The notes under the pieces are model-generated. The model had not been told where the DNA came from and searched no databases. It saw nothing but the letters and a program-made list of their open reading frames with translations. This document shows positions 56,187 to 64,000 of a DNA stretch of 64,000 nucleotides, one piece after another. The stretch is from the NCBI GenBank assembly GCA_019416065.1, contig DXYB01000003.1, positions 644-64,643 on the forward strand, written 5' to 3'. Within the stretch, counting starts at the first letter, position 1; the number at the start of each line of letters is the position of its first letter. Source of the DNA: Acidaminococcus sp. (GTDB lineage Bacteria; Bacillota; Negativicutes; Acidaminococcales; Acidaminococcaceae). Made by a program: the position numbers and the translations under genes.

Positions 56187-57923
56187 ATGAACCTAGAAGG
56201 TATTACGCTCCGGGTACTGGCCCACGAATTGACGCAAGCCCTTACCGGAGGGAAAATCATAAAAATCTTTATGCCCTCACGGGCTTCTCTCTTATTACAG
56301 GTAGCTTTAGCAGACCATACTGCCAATTTCTGGATTGATTTAGGCGGGGAATCCCCGCTTATAACATTGCCTGAGCGCTTGCCGCAGCGACCGGACATTC
56401 CCCCATCTTTTTGTATGCTGCTGCGCAAACACTTGGAAGAAGGCCGGATTGCCCAGATTCATCAAATAGGGTTGGACAGAGTTCTCGTGGTAGACGTGGA
56501 CCTCATCGGTGCAGAACGAAAAATTCTCACTAAGCATCTTGTGCTGGAGCTTACAGGAAAAAATAGTAATATTGTTTTCTTAGATGAAAATGGCAGTATC
56601 CTAGATGCGCTGCGGCATATCGGAAAAACCCAGAACCGGGTACGGCAAATTCTACCTGGGCTTTCTTATTGCCCGCCTCCGCCCCAGGATGGATTGGATT
56701 TTCTAACAGCGTCTCCCCATGCTATCAGAGAAAAAGCGGTAGCCCAAGGAGATGTAAGCCTGGTACAGGGCCTCATTGCTTCCACGGTGGGTATTGGCAA
56801 GCTCACCGCCCAAGAAGTAGCTTATCGCAGCGGCTACACAGGCAGCGTGCAGCTGATGCAGCTCCCCGATGCACAAAAAATAGAGGCCGCCCTCGCCTCC
56901 CTCCAAACAGAAATCCAGGATAGATTAACGCAGTCCAATCTGCCTGTTTTTGCCCAGATTGATGCACGCAACCGGATGAAAAACCTGGTTCCTTATCACC
57001 CCCAAAGCCACAGTGAATGGAAGCTACAAGAATTTTCAACCCTTCTGGATGCAGAGGCCTATAGTGTGTCCCTCATCCCGGTGCAAATCCCTGACAAGGA
57101 ACTCTTGCAAAAATTGGTACACAACCAGGCAGCAAAAACAGAAAAACGCATGACGTTTTTGGCCCAGGATCTCGCCAACGCGGAAAAGGCCGAAACCCAA
57201 AAAGTTATGGCGGATACACTAATGAGTTATGGCTACCAAGTAAAAAAAGGCAGCACAAGCTGCGAATTGCCCAATATTTATAATCCTAAAGAACGGTTAA
57301 CCATTCCCCTATCTCCTGAGCGTTCCGTGATGGAAAATGCCCAGGCCTATTACAAAAAATACAATAAAAGCAAACGGGCCGTAGAAGAAATCAAAGAGCA
57401 GCAAAAAGAGGCTGATGCCTTGCTCGCTTACCTGCGCAGCTTGGACGTAAGCCTTGATACTGCTTCCACCAAAGGGGACATAGCAGAGATCAAGCAAGAA
57501 GTCATCGCTCTGGGACTTTTACCCCAGCCTAAAAAAAAGCAGCCCTCCCAAAGTAAATCCGAACCACTAAAGATCATGCTTTCCCCAGAAACCACCCTCT
57601 ATATTGGAAAAAACAACAAACAAAATGATTATGTGACCTTTAAACTAGGACGAAGTAATGACCTGTGGTTCCATGCAAAAAACATTCCCGGTTCTCACGT
57701 GATTTTAAAGACCACTCTCCCCGAGCCCCGACAGGAAGATATTCTTTTGGCGGCACAACTGGCTGCCGGATTCAGCAAAGGAAAAGACAGCGATCGGGTC
57801 CCTGTGGACTATACCCCCCGCCGCCTGGTAAAAAAGCCCAGTGGTGCCAAGCCCGGCTTTGTAATCTTTACGGGGCAGACCACGGTCTATGTAAAACCTC
57901 GGACATCGGTTCCACACTCCTAA
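56187..57923 (+). CDS. rqcH: Ribosome quality control factor RqcH (NFACT / FbpA family)
   Basis: NFACT-N start (GKIIKIFMP...L.L), central coiled coil, and C-terminal NFACT-R (LYIGKNNKQNDYVTFK...DLWFHAKNIPGSHVIL). AAGGAGG RBS. Confidence 0.9.
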   Translation: MNLEGITLRVLAHELTQALTGGKIIKIFMPSRASLLLQVALADHTANFWIDLGGESPLITLPERLPQRPDIPPSFCMLLRKHLEEGRIAQIHQIGLDRVLVVDVDLIGAERKILTKHLVLELTGKNSNIVFLDENGSILDALRHIGKTQNRVRQILPGLSYCPPPPQDGLDFLTASPHAIREKAVAQGDVSLVQGLIASTVGIGKLTAQEVAYRSGYTGSVQLMQLPDAQKIEAALASLQTEIQDRLTQSNLPVFAQIDARNRMKNLVPYHPQSHSEWKLQEFSTLLDAEAYSVSLIPVQIPDKELLQKLVHNQAAKTEKRMTFLAQDLANAEKAETQKVMADTLMSYGYQVKKGSTSCELPNIYNPKERLTIPLSPERSVMENAQAYYKKYNKSKRAVEEIKEQQKEADALLAYLRSLDVSLDTASTKGDIAEIKQEVIALGLLPQPKKKQPSQSKSEPLKIMLSPETTLYIGKNNKQNDYVTFKLGRSNDLWFHAKNIPGSHVILKTTLPEPRQEDILLAAQLAAGFSKGKDSDRVPVDYTPRRLVKKPSGAKPGFVIFTGQTTVYVKPRTSVPHS

Positions 57924-57931
57924 AAAGTTTG

Positions 57932-57971
57932 CCTGGTGTATAGCATTTTCGCTGTACACCAGGTCTTTTTT
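57932..57971. terminator. Bidirectional terminator between rqcH and the adhesin gene
   Basis: CCTGGTGTA-14 nt loop-TACACCAGG hairpin, followed by TCTTTTTT on the plus strand. U-rich sequence also follows on the minus strand. Confidence 0.75.
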
Positions 57972-57983
57972 AGTGATATGCCT

Positions 57984-60095
57984 TTACTTTTTTAGCGATT
58001 CCAGTTCCTGCAGGATAGCGTTAATTTGTGCCTGCTGGGAGGTAATCTGGTCCTGCTGATTCTGCACTTGCGATTTTAAGGCTTTATTTTCTTCCTGTTG
58101 GGCGTTTAATTGCTGTTGCTGCGCCGTAAGCTGTGCCTTTTGGTCTGCAATCACAGTTGTAAGCGCGGCTTTAGAGTATCCCGCATAAGGACTGGATTTG
58201 CCCAGTTTCAGGGTGAGACCCAAATTTACTAGATTTTCTCCACCACCCATGCTGCCGCCTACGGAGAACATGGTTCGCGCGTCCGGCCGGTAAAAAGCAC
58301 CAATAGCCATGGCATTGGCACTGCGATAGTGTCCGTATCCGGCTGCAAAGTCCCATTTGTCATCCGGATCAAAATCCTGGGGATGGAGTGCCGCCAGTGC
58401 CGCTGCTCCAGCGCCAACCCGGTCAATACGGGCATCCATTCGATTGATGCGGTTTCCCATGGAACTAATGGTATCGGCGTTCTGCTTCACTTGCTGGTCC
58501 AGTACCATCAGGTTTTCCCCAGCCGTGTTGGAAGATTTCACATAGGCACCCTCCTGGGCGACCCGGGTTTCATGATAGATAGTGCCGCCGTTTACAACGC
58601 CTGTATTATCCTTTGCCACTTGCCCATTTGCCTTGACGGAAACAGTATAGGTAGAGCTCCCATCTACATTAGCAGCTTCTTTCACATCAACATTTTCTCC
58701 GGCTTTCACGGTATTGCGGGTATCCACAGCTACGCCAGTGCTGCCGCTGTTGGGTGTCATGGTAGCCATAGCTTGTTTCAGCTGCGCTACGTTTACTGCA
58801 TCCGTATCCTCACTGCCTGCTGCCACACCAGTAATCTGCCGGGTAAAAGTAATTTCATTATCAACAGAGCCAAAGCCTCCCATGGCCAAGCCAATGCCTC
58901 CGATGGATAGAATGCCGGTAGTAGATTTCCAGGTAGGGCTGGCATCCGTGCTAGGGGCTTTGGTTTTAGGGTCATAGCCTGCCACACCGGTCGCCCGGTT
59001 GGCTTTAGCAAAGTTACCGAGAGCAATAGAACCTTCTATATCAGCTTCTGCAGAGGCGCCAAGAGCAATGGCATATGCTTTTTTAGCACTGGCACCGCGT
59101 ATACCCCTTGAAGACAACCCTAATCCATAACCGGCGCCTCGACCTTTCATACCCGTATGCGCAGCGATTTGATTGGGCCCCAGGGCAATGGCACCATCAG
59201 CCTCTTCTGCCACTGTAGAAGCACCCAAAGTGACAGATCCATATCCTTTAGCAGTACCGGTCCCAATGGACAAAGCAGCCTCTCCGCTGGCGATAGACCC
59301 CAGACCAAGGGCCATAGAGCCCGTTCCTGTGGCAGAAGACCAGTTTCCCACGGCCATAGCCTGGGCAGAAAAAGCCTGTGCATGATCCCCCATAGCAATC
59401 CCGGAATAACTGTTCATAACATACCTTGGCTGAACCCAACGCCCATCGAGGCCTGATGGTATACGGTCTTCCAAATCGTCTTTGTTACCCACTTTCGCCT
59501 GATACCCAATGGCTACCCCACCGCCATATAATTCAGAATAAGAAGAGCTATCCGGTACAACAGCAGGGTTTCCATCATAATAGGGGACATAGTCGGCGAT
59601 GGAAGCCCCAGCCCCAATAACCACAGAATTAGGACGCACTGTGGAGGCACTACTACCAATGGCGATAGCCCGTGTCTGTTTTGCACTAGCAGTATCCCCG
59701 ATGGCCACCGCCCCACCCTTAAGTTCCTGTGTTCCATCCCACCACGGTTCTTCGTTATAACCAAAGGCTGTAGCTTTATGGCCGATGGCTAGATCGTTTT
59801 CATACTTTGCCGTACTGGTATCCCCAATAGCAATGGCATCTTTTCCTGTGGCTCCATTATTATTGACATTACTGTCAGTAGCCGTATTGGTGCTATTGAT
59901 ACTTACATAGTGCGTTCCGTCCGCAGCAGAGACTATACCTGTACCCCCCCCGATGGACAAAAGCACAACTAGGGTAAGTCCTGTAATAATACCCTTTTTG
60001 TTTCTGGACATTTTCCCTTGTCCTTTAGCTAATTCTGACGCCACCACATAGCACTGCTTAGTACGATTCCAAATCACCTTGTAGATTCTGTTCAT
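57984..60095 (-). CDS. Trimeric autotransporter adhesin (YadA-like) with ESPR signal and a post-anchor coiled-coil tail
   Basis: N-terminus MNRIYKVIWNRTKQCYVVASELAKG (ESPR) plus signal peptide. Many head repeats of the AIAIG/AVAIG/SVVIG/GVAIG type. Coiled-coil stalk. YadA-type beta anchor (WDFAAGYGHYRSANAMAIGAFYRP...NLGLTLKLG). Then 71 further residues. Confidence 0.9.
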   Translation of the reverse strand: MNRIYKVIWNRTKQCYVVASELAKGQGKMSRNKKGIITGLTLVVLLSIGGGTGIVSAADGTHYVSINSTNTATDSNVNNNGATGKDAIAIGDTSTAKYENDLAIGHKATAFGYNEEPWWDGTQELKGGAVAIGDTASAKQTRAIAIGSSASTVRPNSVVIGAGASIADYVPYYDGNPAVVPDSSSYSELYGGGVAIGYQAKVGNKDDLEDRIPSGLDGRWVQPRYVMNSYSGIAMGDHAQAFSAQAMAVGNWSSATGTGSMALGLGSIASGEAALSIGTGTAKGYGSVTLGASTVAEEADGAIALGPNQIAAHTGMKGRGAGYGLGLSSRGIRGASAKKAYAIALGASAEADIEGSIALGNFAKANRATGVAGYDPKTKAPSTDASPTWKSTTGILSIGGIGLAMGGFGSVDNEITFTRQITGVAAGSEDTDAVNVAQLKQAMATMTPNSGSTGVAVDTRNTVKAGENVDVKEAANVDGSSTYTVSVKANGQVAKDNTGVVNGGTIYHETRVAQEGAYVKSSNTAGENLMVLDQQVKQNADTISSMGNRINRMDARIDRVGAGAAALAALHPQDFDPDDKWDFAAGYGHYRSANAMAIGAFYRPDARTMFSVGGSMGGGENLVNLGLTLKLGKSSPYAGYSKAALTTVIADQKAQLTAQQQQLNAQQEENKALKSQVQNQQDQITSQQAQINAILQELESLKK

Positions 60096-60328
60096 GCTAG
60101 AACTCCCCTTCCATTCTTCCCGTTTTTTATTCCGATTCTATTTTACCTAATAATCTTTACTTAATTATAATTCATCCGTGTATGAATTGAAAAGAGGAAA
60201 TCAGAGAATTCTTAAGTTTTAAAAGATTGCCGCTATGGCCATTTTCACCGTTCCTTCATTTGCTGCGTGCTATAATATTTTATAACATTTTCTAGCAATT
60301 GCTGTTTCATGAAAGGAATTTTTTCATT

Positions 60329-61369
60329 ATGTCATTTACCGCACAAAATATAGTGGCTTTTCTTGATCATCTAAAACATGGAGGGCCTTATTTAACCACC
60401 ATCACTGTGATCACCACACAGCTGCTTTCCATTTTGATCCTGTATTTTTTGTTTCGGATGCTGATTACACTGGTAGCGGACCATACCCGTATCCCCAGGC
60501 AATACTTGGTTCGTGTGATACGTTTTATGCCTGTATGTTTAGGTTTATTGCTCGGCATCAAAATTACCGAGGAAATGTTCACATTACCTGATTTCATTAC
60601 AGCTGTCATGGATAATGGGGTTCACAGCCTAATAATTATCACCGTGACCCTTTTTATCGCCCACGTGATTTCCACTTATATCCGCTACCGGCTGAGCAAA
60701 AGTACCAGCGCAACGGCCTCTACGTCCATTCTGGCTACCGTGGTAGATTTTACAATTTACACCATGGGGTTCCTCGCCATTTTAAATTCTTACGGGATTT
60801 CCATTTCTCCGCTTTTGACAGCCCTCGGCGCTGGCGGCTTAGCCTCTGCCTTAGCTCTCAAAGACACCCTCACCAATCTTTTTTCCGGCATCAGTACGCT
60901 GGTATCCAAACAAATTCATATCGGTGACTATATCCAGCTCCCGTCCGGGCGTACCGGCCGCATTATTGATATGAACTGGCATCATACCACCATTCGCACG
61001 GTAAAGGGCAATACTGTGATCGTCCCCAATGCCAATATTTCCAATTCCGACCTAATCAATTATGAGCGCCCCTATCCCCAGTGCACCATCGCCATTCCTG
61101 TAACGATTGCCTATGGCAACGATTTGGATTTCGTGGAAAAAGTGACTATGGATACCGCTAATGCTGTCCTTGCCAGCAGTGAATATGGAGTGAGAGGATT
61201 TAAGCCGATGGTTCGCTACAACACATTGGGGGATTACGGGATTTCCCTGGACGTGGTGCTACAGATTCGTAAGGTAGTGGATGAGTCCGCCCTGCGCCAC
61301 CAGTTTATTAAGGCCCTGTACAAAGCCTATAAAGAAAACCACATCCCCCTCATGATTCGCCACGACTGA
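60329..61369 (+). CDS. Mechanosensitive ion channel (MscS family)
   Basis: Four N-terminal TM segments, then the MscS core LGAGGLASALALKDTLTNLFSGI....K.IHIGDYIQL. ATG 60329 preferred over TTG 60299. Confidence 0.88.
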   Translation: MSFTAQNIVAFLDHLKHGGPYLTTITVITTQLLSILILYFLFRMLITLVADHTRIPRQYLVRVIRFMPVCLGLLLGIKITEEMFTLPDFITAVMDNGVHSLIIITVTLFIAHVISTYIRYRLSKSTSATASTSILATVVDFTIYTMGFLAILNSYGISISPLLTALGAGGLASALALKDTLTNLFSGISTLVSKQIHIGDYIQLPSGRTGRIIDMNWHHTTIRTVKGNTVIVPNANISNSDLINYERPYPQCTIAIPVTIAYGNDLDFVEKVTMDTANAVLASSEYGVRGFKPMVRYNTLGDYGISLDVVLQIRKVVDESALRHQFIKALYKAYKENHIPLMIRHD

Positions 61370-61406
61370 AAGTATAGTTACCCCTCTTTTCAGCGTTCCT
61401 AGACAT

Positions 61407-61453
61407 AAAAAATCCGGCGGGCACATAGTAATATGTCCGTACCGGATTTTTTT
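61407..61453. terminator. Bidirectional terminator between mscS and the 157-aa secreted protein gene
   Basis: AAAAAATCCGG...CCGGATTTTTTT inverted repeat with an internal secondary stem and U tracts on both strands. Confidence 0.7.
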
Positions 61454-61475
61454 GCTATACAATTTTCTCTTGGAA

Positions 61476-61949
61476 TCACTTGCCCCAGTCAATCATATGG
61501 TCAATAAAGCTGTCAATGCGGTCCTGGTGCTTTTCTGTCGGAGTCTTATCCCGTTTGCTGTCACGATGATCCCTGTCATCATCCCAATCCCCGCAATATT
61601 CAGGCCCTCTGCCACATGTCCAGGATCCTTGGCCTCTGTATCTCCTGTGGGGGTAGGGCCGCATGGTATCATGATGGTAAAAATCGTCCTTATTATAAGC
61701 ATACACCGCTTCATTGAATTTATGAACGGCGCTGTCCTGCTTGTCACGCAAACGAGCAATCTCTTCTTCCAGTTTCCGGACATAGCTATCCAAGTCGCTG
61801 CGATAGGCAGACATTTCCTCATAGGTGGCCATGGCCGGGTTCAGCGGTTCATGGCTGCTGGAAAATGAGTCTTGCGCCGCACCGGCTGATAGTGGAGCCA
61901 GCGCCAAAGAAGCCAGAATGGGTAATACTAATATTTTTTTATGCATCAT
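61476..61949 (-). CDS. Secreted hypothetical protein with a His/Asp/Arg-rich C-terminal half
   Basis: MMHKKILVLPILASLALAPLSAGA signal peptide after a GAGGAG RBS. Coiled-coil segment, then DDFYHHDTMRPYPHRRYRGQGSWTCGRGPEYCGDWDDDRDHRDSKRD. No family recognised. Confidence 0.7.
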   Translation of the reverse strand: MMHKKILVLPILASLALAPLSAGAAQDSFSSSHEPLNPAMATYEEMSAYRSDLDSYVRKLEEEIARLRDKQDSAVHKFNEAVYAYNKDDFYHHDTMRPYPHRRYRGQGSWTCGRGPEYCGDWDDDRDHRDSKRDKTPTEKHQDRIDSFIDHMIDWGK

Positions 61950-62032
61950 ATAAGTTCTCCTCTTACTGTTTCTTTAATAATAACAGACAGTGCTTATGTA
62001 TTATAACAGAAGAGACTTTTCCTGTAAACCCG

Positions 62033-63069
62033 TTACCAAAGTCCCATCACATGCTGCAGCAATAGACTGACGCCAGTAATCCCGGCCCAGCATACCGCTC
62101 CCAAAGCAAGGGGTTTACCACCGCTGCGGATCAGTTCTACCACGTTGCTATTCAGGCCAATGGCACTCATGGCCATGATAATAAAGAATTTACTAAGTCC
62201 TTTTAACGGGCCAAAAGCGCTGGAAGAAACGCCCATGGATACAGTCGCAGTAGTCAGGATGGAAGCCAAAACAAAAAACAGGATAAAAAGTGGGAAAGCC
62301 CGCTTTAAGCTAAAGCCTCCTGCCTGATTTTCGCTGCCCTGCTCCTTTTGAGCATGCAAATAGGCCAATACCAAAGTAATGGGGATAATGGCCAACGTCC
62401 GTGTCAATTTTACTGTCACAGCTTTGTCCAGTGTCTGTGTACCCAGGTTCCACATGCCGTCCCAAGTCGCCGCAGCTGCTGTTACAGAAGAAGTATCATT
62501 CACTGCCGTCCCGGCAAAAATCCCGAAAGCATCTCCATTCACCGTGGAAAAGCCTACCATTTGCCCAAACATAGGAAAGAAAATGGCTGCCAGAACATTA
62601 AAAAAGAAAATAACAGAAATAGCCTGGGCCACTTCCTCATCCTTCGCACCAATGACCGGAGCCGTAGCCGCAATGGCGGATCCGCCGCAAATGGAGGATC
62701 CTACCCCCACCAGAGTAGAAATCGGCCCGGGGATATGCATCGCCTTTGCATGAGATATGCCAGCACAAGCGATGTAGTAATGGTGCAAACAATTATGGGC
62801 AGGGATTGCCGCCCTGTTTCCAGTACCACGTGGAGATCCATACCAAAACCCAGCAGCACCACAGCCGCTTGCAAAATATACTTGGACGTAAAGGCAATGC
62901 CCGCTTTGGCCTTACCCTTATTGGTCCAGAACAAGGCTAGCACCATACCCAGCAGGATGCCGATAACAGCACCACCTACCACAGGAAACGCTTTTCCTAG
63001 AAAATGGGACGGCACAGCAATGGCAAAACAGACTAAGATCCCTATTCCATTTTTTTCCAAAAAGTTCAT
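62033..63069 (-). pseudogene. YeiH/UPF0324 family membrane protein gene interrupted by a frameshift (or sequencing error)
   Basis: Two overlapping minus-strand ORFs (63069-62701 and 62788-62033) together make one YeiH-like protein. The N-terminal part ends ...TSLVLAYLM. The C-terminal frame continues [27 protein letters not shown]. The frames switch at CATGCAAAGG (about 62745-62750). Confidence 0.75.
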
Positions 63070-63171
63070 AAATAATTTCCTCCTTACTTGCATCGTTTTG
63101 TTCTATCCACACTGGCGTGTATACAACATCGCCTCTCATACTACCGCAAATATCCAAAAAACACAAGGGAT

Positions 63172-63235
63172 TTGACAGAACTAACCGACTGTGCTAAGGT
63201 ATGTAGTGCAAAACGCAGATGCAAGTAGTTTGCAT
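63172..63235 (+). promoter_or_regulatory. Candidate promoter plus palindromic operator upstream of the metal-binding lipoprotein gene
   Basis: TTGACA (63172-63177), 17 nt spacer, TAAGGT (63195-63200). Then the perfect inverted repeat ATGCAA-GTAGT-TTGCAT (63219-63235), 25 nt before the GTG start. Confidence 0.4.
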
Positions 63236-63260
63236 TTATATGATTATATGGAGGCGATTT

Positions 63261-64000
63261 TGTGAAAAAGTTCATAGTCTTTTGTGCTGCTTTGTTATCC
63301 CTCGGCCTGGTCAGCGGTTGCGGCAGCAGTACCGCTCCATCAGAGGCGCCTGCCCACAAAACCAAGGTGGCAGTCAGTTTTGATGCCATGAAAGAGTTGG
63401 TACAAGCCGTGGGTGGAGACAAAGTGGAAATCACCAGCATCATCCCGGACGGAACCGAACCCCATGAGTTTGAACCCACTCCCCAACAGATGAAAATCCT
63501 GCACAGCACGGATGTGTTCGTAAAACAAGGGTTGGGGATGGAACCCTGGGCCGAAGCTATGGAAAAAGCGGCGGACAATGCCAAACTCACCATAGTGGAT
63601 GCATCTAAAGATGTGCAGGCCATTGCCAACACTGATGAGGACGAAATCAAAGAACACGGACAATATGACCCCCATGCCTGGCTGAGCCTTTCCTGCGCAC
63701 AGATTGAAGTCAAAAATATTGCTGCGGGTCTTGCCAAAGCCGATCCAGCTAACGCTGCATACTACCAAAAGAACGCTGAAGCCTACAACGGCAAACTTCA
63801 AGAACTTCTGACCGAATACCAGAACAAGTTCAAGGGCATTTCCAAGAAAGAGTTCGTCACCGGCCACGCTGCCTTTGCCTATCTATGCCGTGACTTTGGC
63901 TTGCAACAAAACAGCGTTGAATCCGTCTTTGCTTCCGGTCAGCCCTCTGCCAAGCAAATGGCCGAACTGGTGGAATTTTGCCGCAAGCATAATGTAAAAA
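63261..64000 (+). CDS. Metal (zinc/manganese) ABC transporter substrate-binding lipoprotein, ZnuA/TroA family (3' end beyond the window)
   Basis: Not in the ORF track (no stop inside the window). Hand translation from GTG 63261 (GGAGG 7 nt upstream) gives VKKFIVFCAALLSLGLVSGCGSS (lipobox VSGC)...TEPHEFEPTPQQ...DPHAWLS...GHAAFAYL, typical cluster A-I metal-binding protein motifs. Confidence 0.8.

Noticed and set aside
55463-56428. Long N-terminal extensions suggested by the ORF track for this gene and for rpsB (to 24048), gmk (to 54353), pgeF (to 5626), the macro-domain gene (to 16595), the thioesterase (to 46763), murE (to 37929) and murF (to 36386)
   Set aside because: In each case an internal ATG preceded by a good Shine-Dalgarno sequence gives the family-typical N-terminus or a signal peptide. 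The extension overlaps the upstream gene or the intergenic promoter region.
63083-63235. The 9-mer ATGCAAGTA occurs twice in divergent orientation (in the yeiH leader and in the znuA palindrome)
   Set aside because: A 9-mer is expected to recur by chance about 0.5 times in 128 kb of two-strand sequence, so this is not significant on its own.
63141-63867. Two minus-strand ORFs (198 and 175 aa) at the right end
   Set aside because: Both are antisense to the plus-strand ZnuA/TroA-type lipoprotein gene. That gene has an RBS, a lipobox and family motifs, but is missing from the track only because it has no stop inside the window.
1-64000. CRISPR arrays, transposases, integrases, prophage genes, toxin-antitoxin pairs, rRNA operons
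   Set aside because: None seen. No regularly spaced direct repeats were evident in intergenic regions, and every long ORF is accounted for by a housekeeping family or listed as hypothetical. A by-eye scan cannot exclude short or degenerate repeats.

Overview
Conserved chromosomal core from a Firmicutes-type genome, about 50% GC by eye. I call 65 protein genes: 58 on the minus strand and 7 on the plus strand. I found no transposase, integrase, phage gene or CRISPR array.

Reading the minus strand from right to left, the main blocks are:
- a frameshifted yeiH and a trimeric autotransporter adhesin
- yicC-remA-gmk-rpoZ-coaBC
- pheS-pheT behind a Phe T-box leader
- secG-esterase-thioesterase-rnr-smpB, then pta
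- a dcw cell-wall/division cluster (mraZ to ftsZ) followed by nrdR
- rpsB-tsf-pyrH-frr-(ferredoxin)-uppS-cdsA-dxr-rseP
- a macro-domain gene, tRNA-Pro, and prfC-tagA-like-psd-pssA-GT2
- tmRNA (ssrA) and an atypical sirtuin
- a DAACS symporter and pgeF-yggS-sepF-ylmH
- a histidine phosphatase, tRNA-Asn, a ferredoxin-nitroreductase fusion and a MATE pump cut by the left edge

Plus-strand genes are an LDH-family dehydrogenase, a PNPOx-like protein, a Tat-signal MBL hydrolase, a class A PBP, tRNA-Ser, rqcH, mscS, and a ZnuA/TroA-type lipoprotein cut by the right edge.

The gene order is Bacillus/Clostridium-like. Together with an ESPR/YadA-anchor autotransporter and a DNPR-motif (meso-DAP) MurE, it suggests a diderm Firmicute (Negativicutes). 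That is inference only.

I see no obvious new multi-gene system. The items most worth a second look are:
- the dcw cluster has no room for ftsI, ftsW, ftsA or murB
- the adhesin carries a 71-aa coiled-coil tail after its membrane anchor
- a sirtuin lacks the canonical His-Gly motif and the zinc ribbon, and a Cys/His-bearing macro-domain gene lies 6 kb away
- a glycosyltransferase/phospholipid operon ends at ssrA
- several orphan secreted or hypothetical genes

All family calls rest on motif recognition by eye. No database search was possible.
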